The notes beneath the pieces are model-generated. The model searched no databases. It saw only the letters and a list, made by a program, of their open reading frames with translations, and was not told where the DNA came from. The translations under genes and the position numbers were made by a program. Below are positions 50,315-62,953 of a stretch of 64,000 nt of DNA, piece after piece (the first letter of the stretch is position 1; every line of letters begins with the position of its first letter). This DNA is from Callorhinchus milii (Eukaryota). The stretch is taken from positions 95,110,001-95,174,000 of the forward strand of contig NW_024704742.1 in the NCBI RefSeq assembly GCF_018977255.1. The letters are read 5' to 3'.

Positions 50315-50860
50315 GTATAAAACCTTGGTTAGACCACATTTGCAGTACTGTATCCAATTCTGGTCTCCACACTACAAGAAGGATATAGCAGCGATGGAAT
50401 GAATACTGAGTAGGTTTACTAGAATGATCCCAGGGTTAGCAGGTTAGTGCTATCAAGATAGATTGGATAGGTTAGTACTTTTTCGTTAAGAGAAAAGATG
50501 CTTAACAAGGGACCTAACACAAGTGTTTAAAATTATAAAAGAGTTCAATAAAGCTAGTATAAATAGGCTGTTCCCACTTGTTGGGGAGTCCGTAACCAGG
50601 GGATAAAATATAATATAAACCTATTTCTAGAATTTCTAAAAGATAGGAGGAATTTCACTCAGAGGGTAGCGAGAATGTGGAACACACTGCCTACAGTGAT
50701 ATTTGAAGCAGATAATTTAGATGTATTCAGGAGAAACCTAGGTATACTCATAAGGGAGAAGGGAATAGAAGGGTATGAGAGGAAGTAAGGGTGAAGACTC
50801 ATGTGGAGTATAAATACTGGCATGGACTGGTTAGGACAAAAAGCCTATTTTCCTACCTCT
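50315..50860 (+). mobile_element. CR1 LINE 3' fragment, old
   Basis: [25 protein letters not shown]; ttcactcagagggtagcgagaatgtggaacacactgcc. Confidence 0.85.
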
Positions 50861-50864
50861 CTAT

Positions 50865-51227
50865 CTTTGTGACCTCCTAACCCCCTACCAACCTGTCTGC
50901 TGACTCCACTCAGAGGGCTCTGGCCTGCTTCATGTACCCCACCTTGCCCACCCCACCATTGGCGGACAGGCCTTCAGCCTCTCTGCGCCCACCCTCTGGA
51001 ACTCCACTCCATAGTCCCTCTGCCTCACCCCCTCCCTTGCCTCCTTCAAGATCTGTCTCAAGACCCACCTTTTCAACTGTGCCTTCGGTCACTCTCCTAC
51101 CCGTACCCTCTGTGCCCTCCACTCTTGATCCCAACCACCACCTCGAGTGCAGATCCCTGACTGTCCAGCATCTTGGGGCATCCTCCTGACATGAAAGGTG
51201 CTATACAAATGTAATTTGTTGTTGTTA
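50865..51227 (+). mobile_element. L2 LINE 3' fragment
   Basis: Collinear with 18850-19220. Confidence 0.85.
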
Positions 51228-52399
51228 TTTGGTGGTGTTGTATGCTGTATGTAAATCTATGTAATGATGGAAAAGCTAAACTAACTTTTCACTCTTCATG
51301 CAAACCATCTTTGTAGATTTTGAACCCCATGGTCTCCCAGCTTCCAAATGAAAGGTTCAAATGGCATCAATTTGGAAAAAGCAATGTTAGTTTCCATTTT
51401 TTTAAGTGTCATCTATTGACATTTCAATAACATTTGAAGATTAGTGCAGGCTTTTAAGAGCCATAAATCATTGAGATTAATAAATTGTTTAGATTCAGAG
51501 ATTAATCTGAGGATAAAGCAATGACAATAAGTGATAGTCTGATAAAAAATCTTTTCTCCTTCTTGAAACAATAAAAAGAATATAACAAAAATTAAATTCA
51601 GGTTTTATGGTTGGTTGTTGAAATTGATTTCCACAATAAACATGCCTTCTGTCAGATGAATATACTGAGCAGGAGAAAGAGCAGCTATATCAGAAATTCC
51701 ACATTATTCTGAATGGAAACAAGGTGCATGGGAGGAGGAAAGAATTACTGAGACATATATATACTGGATATCCTCTGGATATCTGCTACTTGTATGTATT
51801 GAAGAGATAGTTTTAAAGGGGTGATTGACTGTATTAATATATGTGTTTTTAGGGTTCATTAACAAAGTCAGAATAAATAAAATGTTCCTTATATCAAAAA
51901 TCAGTTTATTAAAAGATGGTGTCATTTGTGAAAAATCACAATCACAATCCATGTCTCTAATGCCCCTGTACTTTAATAGACTACGACAAGTAGACTGGTT
52001 AGTTATAAAATTATAGCAACACTGTTTATATGAAAGCTTGAGTAATTGTGTAAGTTTGATAATCTGTGTAAACTGCGAAGGATGGGAAATCGCAGAGCCT
52101 ATAATGGAGTGTCAACAATGAGTTTAAATCCCAAAGTGGGGTTTGAACCCATAACCCTCTGACTCAAAGGTGAGAGTGGTACCACTGAGCCAGGCTGAAA
52201 CCCTATACAGTTCCAGGGAGACCTGCTCACAACTAGATTTCCTTCAGTGGTAATTGACAGAGAACCATTTCTGTCTAATTACATCATGAAAACACTAACT
52301 GTATGACTTTCAAGTAGATAAGGAAATTATTGAATTTCCATTATCCATCTCATTGAGCCCCATACGTAACACATGTGACTCTTAAGCAATGTTCTCAAA

Positions 52400-52843
52400 T
52401 GCTCCCCATTCCCCAGAGGATCGAGTTCAAGATCCTTGTCCTCACTTTCAAGGCCATCCATAGCCTTGCCCCCTCCTACCTCTCTGACCTGCTGACTCCC
52501 TACCAACCTGCCCGCTCCCTCCGTTCATCGGGCTCCAGCCTGCTCCATGTCTCCCACCCGACCCACCCTACCAGTGGTGGCCGGGCTTTCAGCCTCTCTG
52601 CTCCCACACTCTGCAAGTCTGTCTCACGGTCCCTTTGCCTTGTTTCCTCCCTTGTGTCCTTCAAGGCCGGTCTCAAGACCCTTCTCTTCGATAGTGCCTT
52701 TGGTCGACCTCCCACCTCTCTGCCTTCCCTCACCCCTACACTACCCCTCCCCCATTCTCGGGCCCCAACAGCTGACTGTTCAGCGCTTTGGGACGTCCTC
52801 CCGACATGAAAGGCGCTCTATAAATGTAATTTTGTTGTTGTTG
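52400..52843 (+). mobile_element. L2 LINE 3' fragment
   Basis: LPIPQRIEFKILVLTFKAIHSLAPSYLSDLL...GGRAFS..AP.L...FK..LKT.LF. Confidence 0.92.
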
Positions 52844-54103
52844 CATTCGAGGCCTTAAACAAAAATCCATCTTTAGATTTTTATTGAGAATGAGAACGAG
52901 ATGTTGTTATTTTAGTTTGTATGTATTAGTGATAATTAACAACCCAATCATTACTAAGAAAATATACACTTAGGAAAATAAAAGGGAAAATAAAATCTTT
53001 CGCAAATTGTGTCTTTTTATTGAATCACTTTATGCAAACAAATGAATCATATTATAAGAACACATTGTGCTGTGCAGATAAAATAAGAATTTATTATCGG
53101 TGCAACACAAAAGTCAGCATAAACACAGATCTGGATTCATGCACCTCAGGAAGTGTGCCCTTCAAACCTAAACACGACTTTGTCTTGTTGCATGCATCAA
53201 CAATAGAACCAGAAACTATTACAGAGAGAAAGCCCCAGCATAATGCTGCTAATTTGTTTTTCTTTTCAAAACACCAACTACTCACAGGGATTTTTTTTAA
53301 AAACTGCTGTTCGTGATTTCTCTTATTCTTTTTCTTTAAGTTGGAGCCAGGAAAGTGTAAAACAATATTTACAGACGACTATCACCATGGTTATTGGCTT
53401 TATCACTTTACAAGGAATTTGTATTTGTACAGTACTTTATCTTGCTAAAACATCTCTGAGAAGCTTGCAAGTAATTACTGTTGAGTTCAGTGACTGTTTT
53501 CGGAAAACACAACAACCATTCGCATTAGGAAGGTCTGAAACAGTCATGAGGTAAAACAAAATTAACTTCCTCTCTTTTCAAGTAGCATGGTTTGATATTT
53601 GATATTCACCTTAACAAGCCAAGGAGATCTTAGAATAAAGTCTTCATCAAAAGGCAGTGCCAGCAGTGGAGCATTCTCCCAATACTGCACTGAAGTGTCA
53701 GCCTAAGCTATAAGCTCAAGGCCCAATTGGAGTTTGAACCCCAAAACTTCTGAGCCAGAGGCAAATCAAGCTTCCAACTGAGGCAACTAATATATAACAT
53801 GAGAATGTCTGACTTTAATAAATTAAAATATAGCAATTTTTTAAAGCAATTTCACCGTGATAGACTCTGGTAGATAGAAAACCAGAAAATGTTTTCCTTA
53901 TCTCAGGAAATACAAGAAATACATCAAAATACAAGAAGATTTGTGTTTTGGGAGGAGGGATTTTTTGGTGTATGCTTCCCTGTATTATACACCAGACGCG
54001 AACGATGGGGCATACATTAGCATGTGTTCCACTCCTATAATAAGTGATTATCTTTTATTGTATAAAGCTGAATACAATGCATAGAATTTGGTTATTTCCC
54101 CTT

Positions 54104-54394
54104 ATAATAATAATAATCCTTGCATTTGATATAGCGCTTTTCACATCTTCTTAATATTTCAAAGTTAATTGACTGTATATTTTGTAGGCGAAACACAGAA
54201 GCCAATTGCGCACAGCAGTGTCCCACAAACAGTTGTGGATTGAAGTGACAAAATTATTATTGTTTTTTTGGGGGAGGGATTATTATCAGGTGTGTGGAGT
54301 AAGGAAACTTACCCAAGGTTTCGCCCTGCCGGGAATCGAACCCAGGTCTCTGGTTTGCAAAGTGAGTGCTCTAACCACTGAGTTACAGGACTCC
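54104..54394 (-). mobile_element. tRNA-derived SINE, short form lacking the central block
   Basis: Head ggagtcctgtaactcagtggttagagcactcactttgcaa..ctgggttcgattcccggc; ccacacacctg joins directly to ataataatccc. Confidence 0.9.
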
Positions 54395-54682
54395 TAGCTT
54401 ATTTATGGAAAAGACCCACAGTTACTCTCTTTGTAAAGCTTTCATGTTTTGAAGCCATGGTAAGATTTCTTTTCTGTATAAAAATACTTGACTTTATTAT
54501 TGAAACACTGTAACATAAATTGGTATTTATATTTCAAGGACATAACTTCTAACCAGCCTAGAATTAAATTTTGTGCCAACTAGTATTTTGGATTGCTTCT
54601 CTGGATGACTTCTCCTCGAACCTTTTCCTCTTCTTGTGGGGAAAATCATCATGTTTACATTGGTTTTATCACCTACAAGAAA

Positions 54683-54835
54683 CTAGGTGTTCAGATTGGC
54701 TCAGTTGGTAGATCTCTTGCCTCTGAGCCAGAAGGTTGTGGATTCAACCTTCACACTGGGACCTTGATCTCATATAGTCTAGGCTGACAGTCCAATGCAA
54801 TGCTGGGGAGGTGCTGTCCTTTGGATGAGATGTAC
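54683..54835 (+). mobile_element. Deu-domain SINE 5' part
   Basis: tggctcagttggtaga.ctcttgcctctgagccagaaggttgtggattcaa...gtctaggctgaca. Confidence 0.8.
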
Positions 54836-54840
54836 ACCAA

Positions 54841-55158
54841 AGTCCTGTCTGTAGCTCAGTGGTTAGAGCACTCACTTTGCAAGCGAGAGACCTGCATTCG
54901 ATTCCTGGCATGGTGAAACTTTGGGCAAGTTTCCTTACTCCACACGCCTGATAATAATCCCTCAAAACAAAACAACAATAAATTGGTCATTTTCAATCCA
55001 CGACTGTTTGTGGGACACTGCTGTGTGCAATTCGCTGCCGCGTTTCGCCCACAAAATATGCAGTCAATTCACTTTACAGTATATTCTGTGAAGCGCTTTG
55101 AGATGTCTAGAAGACGTGAAAAGCGCTATATCAAATGCAAGGATTATTATTATTGTTA
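54841..55158 (+). mobile_element. tRNA-derived SINE, short form, full length
   Basis: tagctcagtggttagagc (A box), ttTGCaa anticodon loop (Ala-like), ttcgattcc (B box), L2-type tail. Confidence 0.92.
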
Positions 55159-55574
55159 TTAAATATCTGATCTCCATTCAGCATATAATCCTTACATTTT
55201 ATATTTCTTGTGTTTGGTATAGAGCCCTTCATGTCAGGAGGACATCTCAAAATGCTTCACATGATTTTACTGCAAAGTGCATGCGATTATATTTTGTAGG
55301 TGGAAATGTAGGCATTTCCCCTTGAAGGCACAACAATTCACTGTAGGGAGAATTATGGGCATAAAGCATCTTCCTAGAATTCTATGGAATAGTGCATTGA
55401 AGGACCAGTACATTACCTGGAAGCATTATACATTAAAAGGTAACTTGTCATTGGTTTATTTTAATGGATTTTGAAGATACTGCACTTTGAAGATTGTTTT
55501 GGTTAAAATTGAACTTTTTAAAGTATAAAACTAACTGTAGAGGGTTGTATCTAATACTAAAATATTCTTTTCAC

Positions 55575-55965
55575 TTGATATTGCGTCTTTGATGTCAGGA
55601 CATCTCAAAGCGCTTCACAGGATTTATTGTAAAGTGGAGTGACTGTGTGTTCTTTGTGAGTGAATACAGCAGCCAATTTCCATACACCAATGTCTCACAA
55701 ATAGCCATGAAGTGAATGACCAATTTTAATTGCGGGATTGTTGGCAAGGGCACTGAGAAAAACTCCCTCCTATTTCGAATAGTGCCACCAGATCATTAAC
55801 CTCCATCTGAACAGACAGACGATACCTCCTTTTTACGTCTCATCTGAAGAACGGCACCTCCAACAATGCAGTACACCCCCAGCATTACAATTGAGTATCT
55901 GCATAGACTATATGAGTTCCAAATCCTGATGTGGGGCTTGAACCCACAAGTTTCTGACTCAGACA
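55575..55965 (-). mobile_element. Deu-domain SINE, near full length
   Basis: acgtctcatctgaagaacggcacctccaacaatgcag; ggggcttgaacccacaagtttctgactcaga. Confidence 0.82.
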
Positions 55966-56606
55966 TAGTTCCTTTATAGTTCCTGCCCCTCCCACTCACC
56001 GCACTTTTCTGGATCTGTTCTACATTTTAAGCAAAGTCACCTCAGAAAACTGAGTCCCTTTTCTTCATAGCCAAGCTATCTCCTTCAGGAACTCTTAGAT
56101 TGAGGGTTGGTAAATGCTTTCACTTCTCAGCTGCCATTACTCCTAGTATTCTATCCACACCTTCAATGACCAGCTCAGAGACAACAGCCTCCAAAACCAT
56201 GGGGGTGGGGGAGAGAGATTTCCCTTTGATTCATTGCTCCATGAAACCTACGGGAATTCATTCCAGTCACCAGTCAACAGCTGTCTCCAGCTACCCTCAT
56301 AAAACAGTTTTATAATATGATCACAGCTGGTTTGTCAATGATGGAGGAAATCACAGTCAAAGACAATTTTCTTTTCACCTAATCCACAGGCATGAAATTT
56401 GCAGGGGTCACTCTGGCTGATTACCTCCTCCCCCACTACTCTCTCTATAACAGAGACCCTACTCCTCTTTCTATAACATGGGATGTTAATGCCAAATGTA
56501 GTGTCCAAACTGCTGCCTTAAGTGGAACAAACAGACACTTAAACCTCTGATCTTCTATTCTGGTTTATCCAGGATAGTAAACAATTGGGGAACAGAACTG
56601 CTCTAT

Positions 56607-56810
56607 TTATAATAATCCTTGCATTTGATATAGCGCTTTTCACGTTTTCTAGACGTCTCAAAGCGCTTCACAGAATATGCTGTAAAGTGAATTGACTGTA
56701 TAGTTGTGGGCGAAACGCGGCAGCCAATTGCGCACAGCAGTGTCCCACAAACAGTGATGGATTGAAAATAACCAATTTATTATTGTTTCTGTTTTTGGAG
56801 GGATTATTAT
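56607..56810 (-). mobile_element. SINE 3' half
   Basis: Close match to the reverse complement of 54950-55150. Confidence 0.88.
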
Positions 56811-58192
56811 TAGGCTTGTATTATAATCTCTCAACAGACCAATTCCACTAGCACTACCGAGTTTGTTGTGCAATCATCCATATACTCTTTATGTGAGGGT
56901 GGTTGGTGTGCCGTGTAGATCGAATGATCATGTGGAGTTAATGTGGGAAGAGGTACAACTGCAGTCTGGTAATTCAGGCGCATATCCAACCAGAAATATT
57001 GTAGCTCAAAAAGAAAATGACTAAACCTTACTGTGACTTTTGCCAATAAAAGAAAGTCTTACTGAGCAAGTGCTTTCATTAATCCCAATTAACCTAATTC
57101 CTGGTGAACACAATCCAAGAATGCACTCCTTTCAGACAGCATTCCCCCTTTTCTTTTTGTGACCCTAAACCTTCCTCCCTTTTCTCCTTTGACCCCCACA
57201 GGTAAACAAGCCAACCACAAGGCTTCGGAAATCACAAAATGCATAAAAAATAAGGCCACTAAGAACTGGATTTGTTTACAGTTCAGACCCTGTCATTGAC
57301 TTGAAGTATCTGTTGACTCATTATTCAAAACTTTCGAAAAGTAACAAAATGCTAAATGAGTTTAGGATCATACCGGCAAAAGAAATATAAATAAGAATTA
57401 AAAAAACCAAACTTTGACATGGTACTTTGACATCATATGTGTATACATAAAAACCAATAGGCTTGTTTTACTTCCTAGATGTTGATGTGAAGCAGACATT
57501 AATTTCCAAACACAGGACAGGTCAAGAGCTGGTGTCTATTTAGCTGTGTTTTGAGTTTGGGAGATAATAACCATGGCTTTCAGAGCTAGCAGCCAGCAAG
57601 GAAACAGTGCCATAGTCATTTGAATGGCCACAGAATCCTTAATGTTATAAAAGGAAGCTACCTCTGCTCTTATGCAGGGTTGATACTATGATATTTGCAG
57701 CAATTTGCAATGTATAAATCAAGGTTGAGCTGCGTAATCTCAGAGTTAATTGCACTGGAGCTCAGGTGCAGCAAACATTGAGGTGGTTCAGGCAGCACAT
57801 CAATTTTCATGGCTGCAGGATAAATACCCACAGACCACTCCAAAACCTTTAAGGAACTATTTTTAATGTTATTAAAGACCTGGTCACACAATCTGCTCTT
57901 TTATTTAAATACTATTACTGTTATTTAAGCACTCCTCAACTTTGCACAATGTGATTAGAAACAGCATAAGACCTGGCTTTCTGTTTTCTAATCGCTTTAC
58001 AGATGGAAGAAATGTCACTTCACTCTTAGATGTGTAAATTGAATGTCAGTTTTATCTTGTTCTCCCCTCTGGGTCTGAATAGTGAGAGTTGAAGCCCCAC
58101 ATTGCAATTTTTGGCTGTCATTCCAGTGCCTTACTAGGGGAGCACTACATTGTTGCAGGTGTCTTCTTTGAATAAGATATGAAAACCAAGAT

Positions 58193-58656
58193 CATAACAT
58201 AACATGTAGGAGCAGGAGTAGGCCATTCAGCCCTTCGAGCCTGCCCCGCCATTCAATCATGGCTGATCTTCTAATCTAACTCCAGCTGATAACATAACCC
58301 TGCCTTATCCCCATATCCCTTAATCCCTTTTGCAATAAGAAATATATCTATCTCAGTCTTGAATATGTTCAAGGACTGAGCGTCAACAGCCCTTTGGGGT
58401 AGTGAGTTCCATACATTCACCACCCTTTGAGTGAAGAAGTTCTTCCTCGACTCAGTGCAAAAGGGCTGGCCTCTGATTTTAAGGTTGTGACCCCGGGTTT
58501 TAGTTTCTCCAACCAGGGGAAGCAATCTCCCACTATCTAATCTATCATGCCCTTTGATGATCTTATAGGTTTCTATAAGATCCCCTCTAATTCTTCTACA
58601 TTCTAGGGAATATAGACCCAAATTGGTCAGCCTAGCCTTGTAACTCATCCCCTTCA
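58193..58656 (-). mobile_element. CR1 LINE 3' end
   Basis: GMSY..RL..LGLYSLE.RR.RGDLIETYKI, TRGH.LK, FFTQRVVNVWNSLP; 3' UTR gaatggcggggcaggctcgaagggctgaatggcctactcctgctcct. Confidence 0.95.
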
Positions 58657-60516
58657 TAAGAACATAAAAATTAGGAGCAGGAGTGGGCCATTCGGCCCCT
58701 CGAGCCTGCCCCGCCATTTGATAAGAAAATGGCTGATCTTCAGACCTAACTCTAATTGCCTCCCAATCCCCATATCCCCTAATCCCTCTATTTTTAAAAA
58801 TCTATCAGTCTCAGCCTTGAAGGTGTTCAAGGACTGAGCATCTACAGCCTTCTGGGGTAGTGAATTCCATAAATTCACTACCCACTGAGTGAAGAAATGT
58901 TTCCTCAACTCTGTTCTAAAAGGCTGACCCTTAGTTTTAAGACTGTGACCCCTGGTTATAGATTCTTCTACCAGGGGAAACAGACCCTCTGTGTCTACTG
59001 TATCCAGCCCTTTAAGAATCTTATATGTTTCAATAAGATCTCCCCTAATTCTTCTGTACTCTAGAGAATACAGCCCTAGTTTATTCAGCCTATCCTCATA
59101 GGTCAGTCCCCTCATCCCAGGAACTAACCGAGTGAATCTACGCTGCACCCCCTTTAGAGCAAGTATATCCTTTATTAAATAAGGAGACCAAAACTGCACA
59201 CAGTATTCCAGGTTTTTCTCACCAGGGCCCTATACAGTTGCAGCAAGACTTCCCTACTCTAATCCTTTCATAATGAACGCTAACATACCGTTCGCCTTCT
59301 AATTGCTTGCTGCAACTAACTTTCTGTGATTGGTGTACAAGGACACCCAAGTCCCTCTGGATGCTGACACATTCCAATCTTTCCCCTTCTAAAAAATAAC
59401 CCGCTCTACTGTTTTTGCTACCTAGGTGGATGACTTCGCACTTCCCTACATTACACTTCATCTGCCACCTACCTGCCCAATCACCTATCTATGTCGCGCT
59501 GCATTTTTTTAATGTCATCCTCTGTGTTGACACTTCCTCCTAGTTTTGTGTCATCTGCGAATTTAGATATATTAACTTCGATGTCCTCATCTAGATCGTT
59601 GATGTAAATGGTAAATAGCTGAGGCCCAAGGACTGATCTTTGTGGCACTCCACTAGTCACATCACACCAATCTGAAAAGGACATGTTTATCCCTACTCTT
59701 TGTTCCCTACCCGTTAACCATTCCCCAATCCACGTTAATATGCTCCCCCCAATTCCATGGGCCCTTATCTTTTGGACTAACCTTTTATGCGGCACCTTAT
59801 CGAATGCCTTCTGGAAGTCCAAACAGACCACATCCACTGATTCACCCTTATCTAGTTTACTCGAAATATCCTCAAAAAATTCTATGAGATTTGTCAAACA
59901 TGATTTCCCTTTTGTAAAGCCATGTTGACTTGGCCTAATTATATTGTGCTCCTCTAAATACGGCACTACCACATCCTTAATCAACGATTCTAAAAAATTT
60001 CCTTTCACTGATGTGAGACTAACTGGCCTATAGTTCCCCATCTTTTCCTTTCCACCTTTTTTAAATAGTGGTGTGACATTTGCGATCTTCCAATCCATGG
60101 GGACTGTTCCAGAATCCAAGGAATTTTGGAAGATCAGACATAAGGCCTCCACTATCTCATAAGCTACCTCTTTTAAAACCCTGGGATGCAAGCCATCCGG
60201 ACCAGGGGATTTGTCACTTTTTAGTGCTAACAGTTTCCCTAGCACCAATTCTCTACTAATGAAAATTTCCTAAGTTGCTCCCTGTCCTTATCCCCTTGGT
60301 GCATATTGTTGTTGGCAGACTTGTTGTGTCCTCTAGGTTGAAGACAGATGCAAAGTACCTATTTAGGGACTCTGCCATGTCCTTATCCCCCATTACAACT
60401 TCTCCCGTCTCTAACTGAAGTGGACCTACATTTATCTTCACTAGCCTATTCCTCTTAATGTATTTGTAAAAACTTTTACAATCTGACTTAATGTTCCTAG
60501 CTAGCTTACCCTCATA
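58657..60516 (-). mobile_element. CR1 LINE ORF2, RT to 3' UTR (downstream part of a split element)
   Basis: [54 protein letters not shown]. Confidence 0.97.
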
Positions 60517-62953
60517 AAGGTCTTAAATTTAAGTAGAGCCAACTTTGCTGGTATGAGAGAGGATTTAGCTTAAATAAACTGGGAAATTAGACTTAAGGAT
60601 TTGACAGTAGTCCAGCAATGGCAGACGTTTAAGGAGATGCTGCAAAATTCCCAGCGAGCACGTATTCCTTTGAGGAATAAGAATGCCACGGGAAAGGTGG
60701 CCCAACCGTGGCTAACTAGAGCAGTTAGGGAAAGTATAAAGTTAAAGGAAGAAGCCTATAAAACAACTAAATGAGTAGTAAACCCAAGGATTGGGAGAAC
60801 TTTAGGGATCAACAAAGGAGAACCCAAAAAGTGATTAAGAGGGAGAAAATGGAATATGAGGGCAAACTAGCGAGGAACATAAAGACAGACTGTAAGAGTT
60901 TTTATAAATATATAAAGAGGAAGAAGCTGTCAAAGGTAAATGTGGGTTCGCTACAGGCAGAGATGGGGGGAATTATAGTAGGGGACAAAGACATGGCAGA
61001 GTCATTAAACAAATACTTTGCTACTGTCTTCACCTTAGAAGACACTGAAAACCTACCAAGAATAGAGGGGAACCAAGAAGACAATGTTAGTGAGCAACTT
61101 GGGGAAATTAATATTAGTAAAGGAATGGTTTTAGGTAAATTGTCAGGTCTTAAAACTGATAAATCCCCTGGGCCTGATGGCCTACATCCTAGGGTTTTAA
61201 AAGAGGTGGCTACTGAGATAGTGGATGGCTTGTCTTTGACCTTCCAAAATTCTCTGGATTCTGGAACGGTTCCTATTGATTGGAAGATTGCGAATGTAAC
61301 ACCACTATTTAAGAAGGGTGGGAGAGAAAAGATGGGGAACTATAGACCAGTTAGTCTGACATCAACGTAGGGAAAATTCTTGAGTCCTTAATTAAGGATG
61401 TCGTTATGGGATTCCTGGAAGACCATAACAAGATTAGGAAGAGTCAACATGGCTTTACAAAAGGGAAGTCATGCTTAACTAATCTTTTAGAGTTTTTTGA
61501 AGATGTATCTAGTAGGTTAGATAGGGGGAAACCAGTAGATGTAGTATATTTAGATTTTAAAAAGGCATTTGACAAAGTGCCACACAAAAGGCTACTGCAC
61601 AAAGTTAAGGCCCACAGGATAAATGGGAGCATATTAGCATGGATTGAAGAGCGGCTAACGGGTAGAAAACAGAGAGAGGGAATAAACGGGTCATTCTTGA
61701 ATTGGCAGGATGTGACTAGTGGAGTGCCACAAGGATCAGTGCTTGGGCCTCAGCTATTTACAATTTACATCAATGATCTAGACGAGGACATTGAATGTAA
61801 TGTATCTAAATTCGCAGATGACACTAAACTAGGTGGGAGAGTAAGCTCTGAGGATGATGCAAAAAGATTGCAACGGGATATAGATAGGCTCGGGATTGGG
61901 CAAGTAGGTGGCAGATGGAATTTAATGTGGAGAAGTGTGAAGTTATTCACCTAGGTAGAAAAAATAGAAAAACAGATTATTTTCTAGAGGGGGAGAGATT
62001 AGATAGATAATAATCGCTCCAAATCCAAAAACAATAATAAATTGGTCATTTTCAATCTACGACTGTTTGTGGGACATTGCTGTGCGCAATTGGCTGCCGC
62101 GTTCGCCCACAAATATACAGTCAACTCACTTTACAGTGTGTTCTGTGAAGCGCTTTGGGACGTCCTCCCGACGTGAAAAGCGCGATATCAAAATGCAAGG
62201 ATTATTATTATTATTATTATAGTGTTAGTGTTCAGAGGGATTTGGGTGTCCTTGTACACCAGTCTCAAAAAGTTAGTTTGCAGGTGCAGCAAGCAACTAA
62301 GAAGGCGAACAGCATGTTAGCGTTCATTGCAAAAGGTTTAGAGTACAAGAGTAGGGAAGTCTTGCTGCAACTGTATAGGGCCCTGGTGAGACTATACCTA
62401 GAGTATTGTGTGCAGTTTTGGTCTCCTTGTTTAAAAAAGGACATAAGAAGGGGTGCAGCGTAGATTCATTAGGTTAGTTCCTGGGATAAGGGGACTGACC
62501 TATGAGGATAGGCTGAATAAATTAGGGCTGTATTCTCTAGTGTACAGAAGAATTAGGGGAGATCTTATTGAAACATATAAGATTCTTAAAGGGCTGGATA
62601 AAGTAGACACCGAGGGTCTGTTTCCCCTGGTAGGAGAATCTATAACCAGGGGTCACAGTCTTAAAATTAAGGGACAGCCTTTTAGAATAGAGTTGAGGAA
62701 ACATTTCTTCACTCAGAGGGTAGTGAATTTATGGAATTCACTACCCCAGAAGGCTGTAGATGCTCAGTCCTTGAACATTTTCAAGGCTGAGACTGATAGA
62801 CTTTTTAAAAATAGAGGGATTAGGGGATATGGGGATAGGACAGGTAATTAGAGTTAGGTTAGAAGATCAGCCATGATCTTATCGAATGGCGGGGCAGGCA
62901 CGAGGGGCCGATTGGCCTACTCCTGCTCCTAATTCTTATGTTCTTATATTCTT
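60517..62953 (+). mobile_element. CR1 LINE, 5'-truncated, inserted in opposite orientation into another CR1
   Basis: ORFs 60771-62851 with the full RT motif set ([14 protein letters not shown]); (TTCTTATR)n tail ending ~62953. Confidence 0.97.
62005..62220 (+). mobile_element. SINE 3' half inserted into the + strand CR1
   Basis: Interrupts CR1 between ...GERL and SVSVQRDLGV; (TAT)n tail. Confidence 0.9.

Noticed and set aside
54841..54915. tRNA-Ala-like sequence (also ~35760-35834, ~37090-37159, ~54325-54394)
   Set aside because: These are SINE heads that continue into SINE bodies; the acceptor stems are not intact, so they are not tRNA genes.
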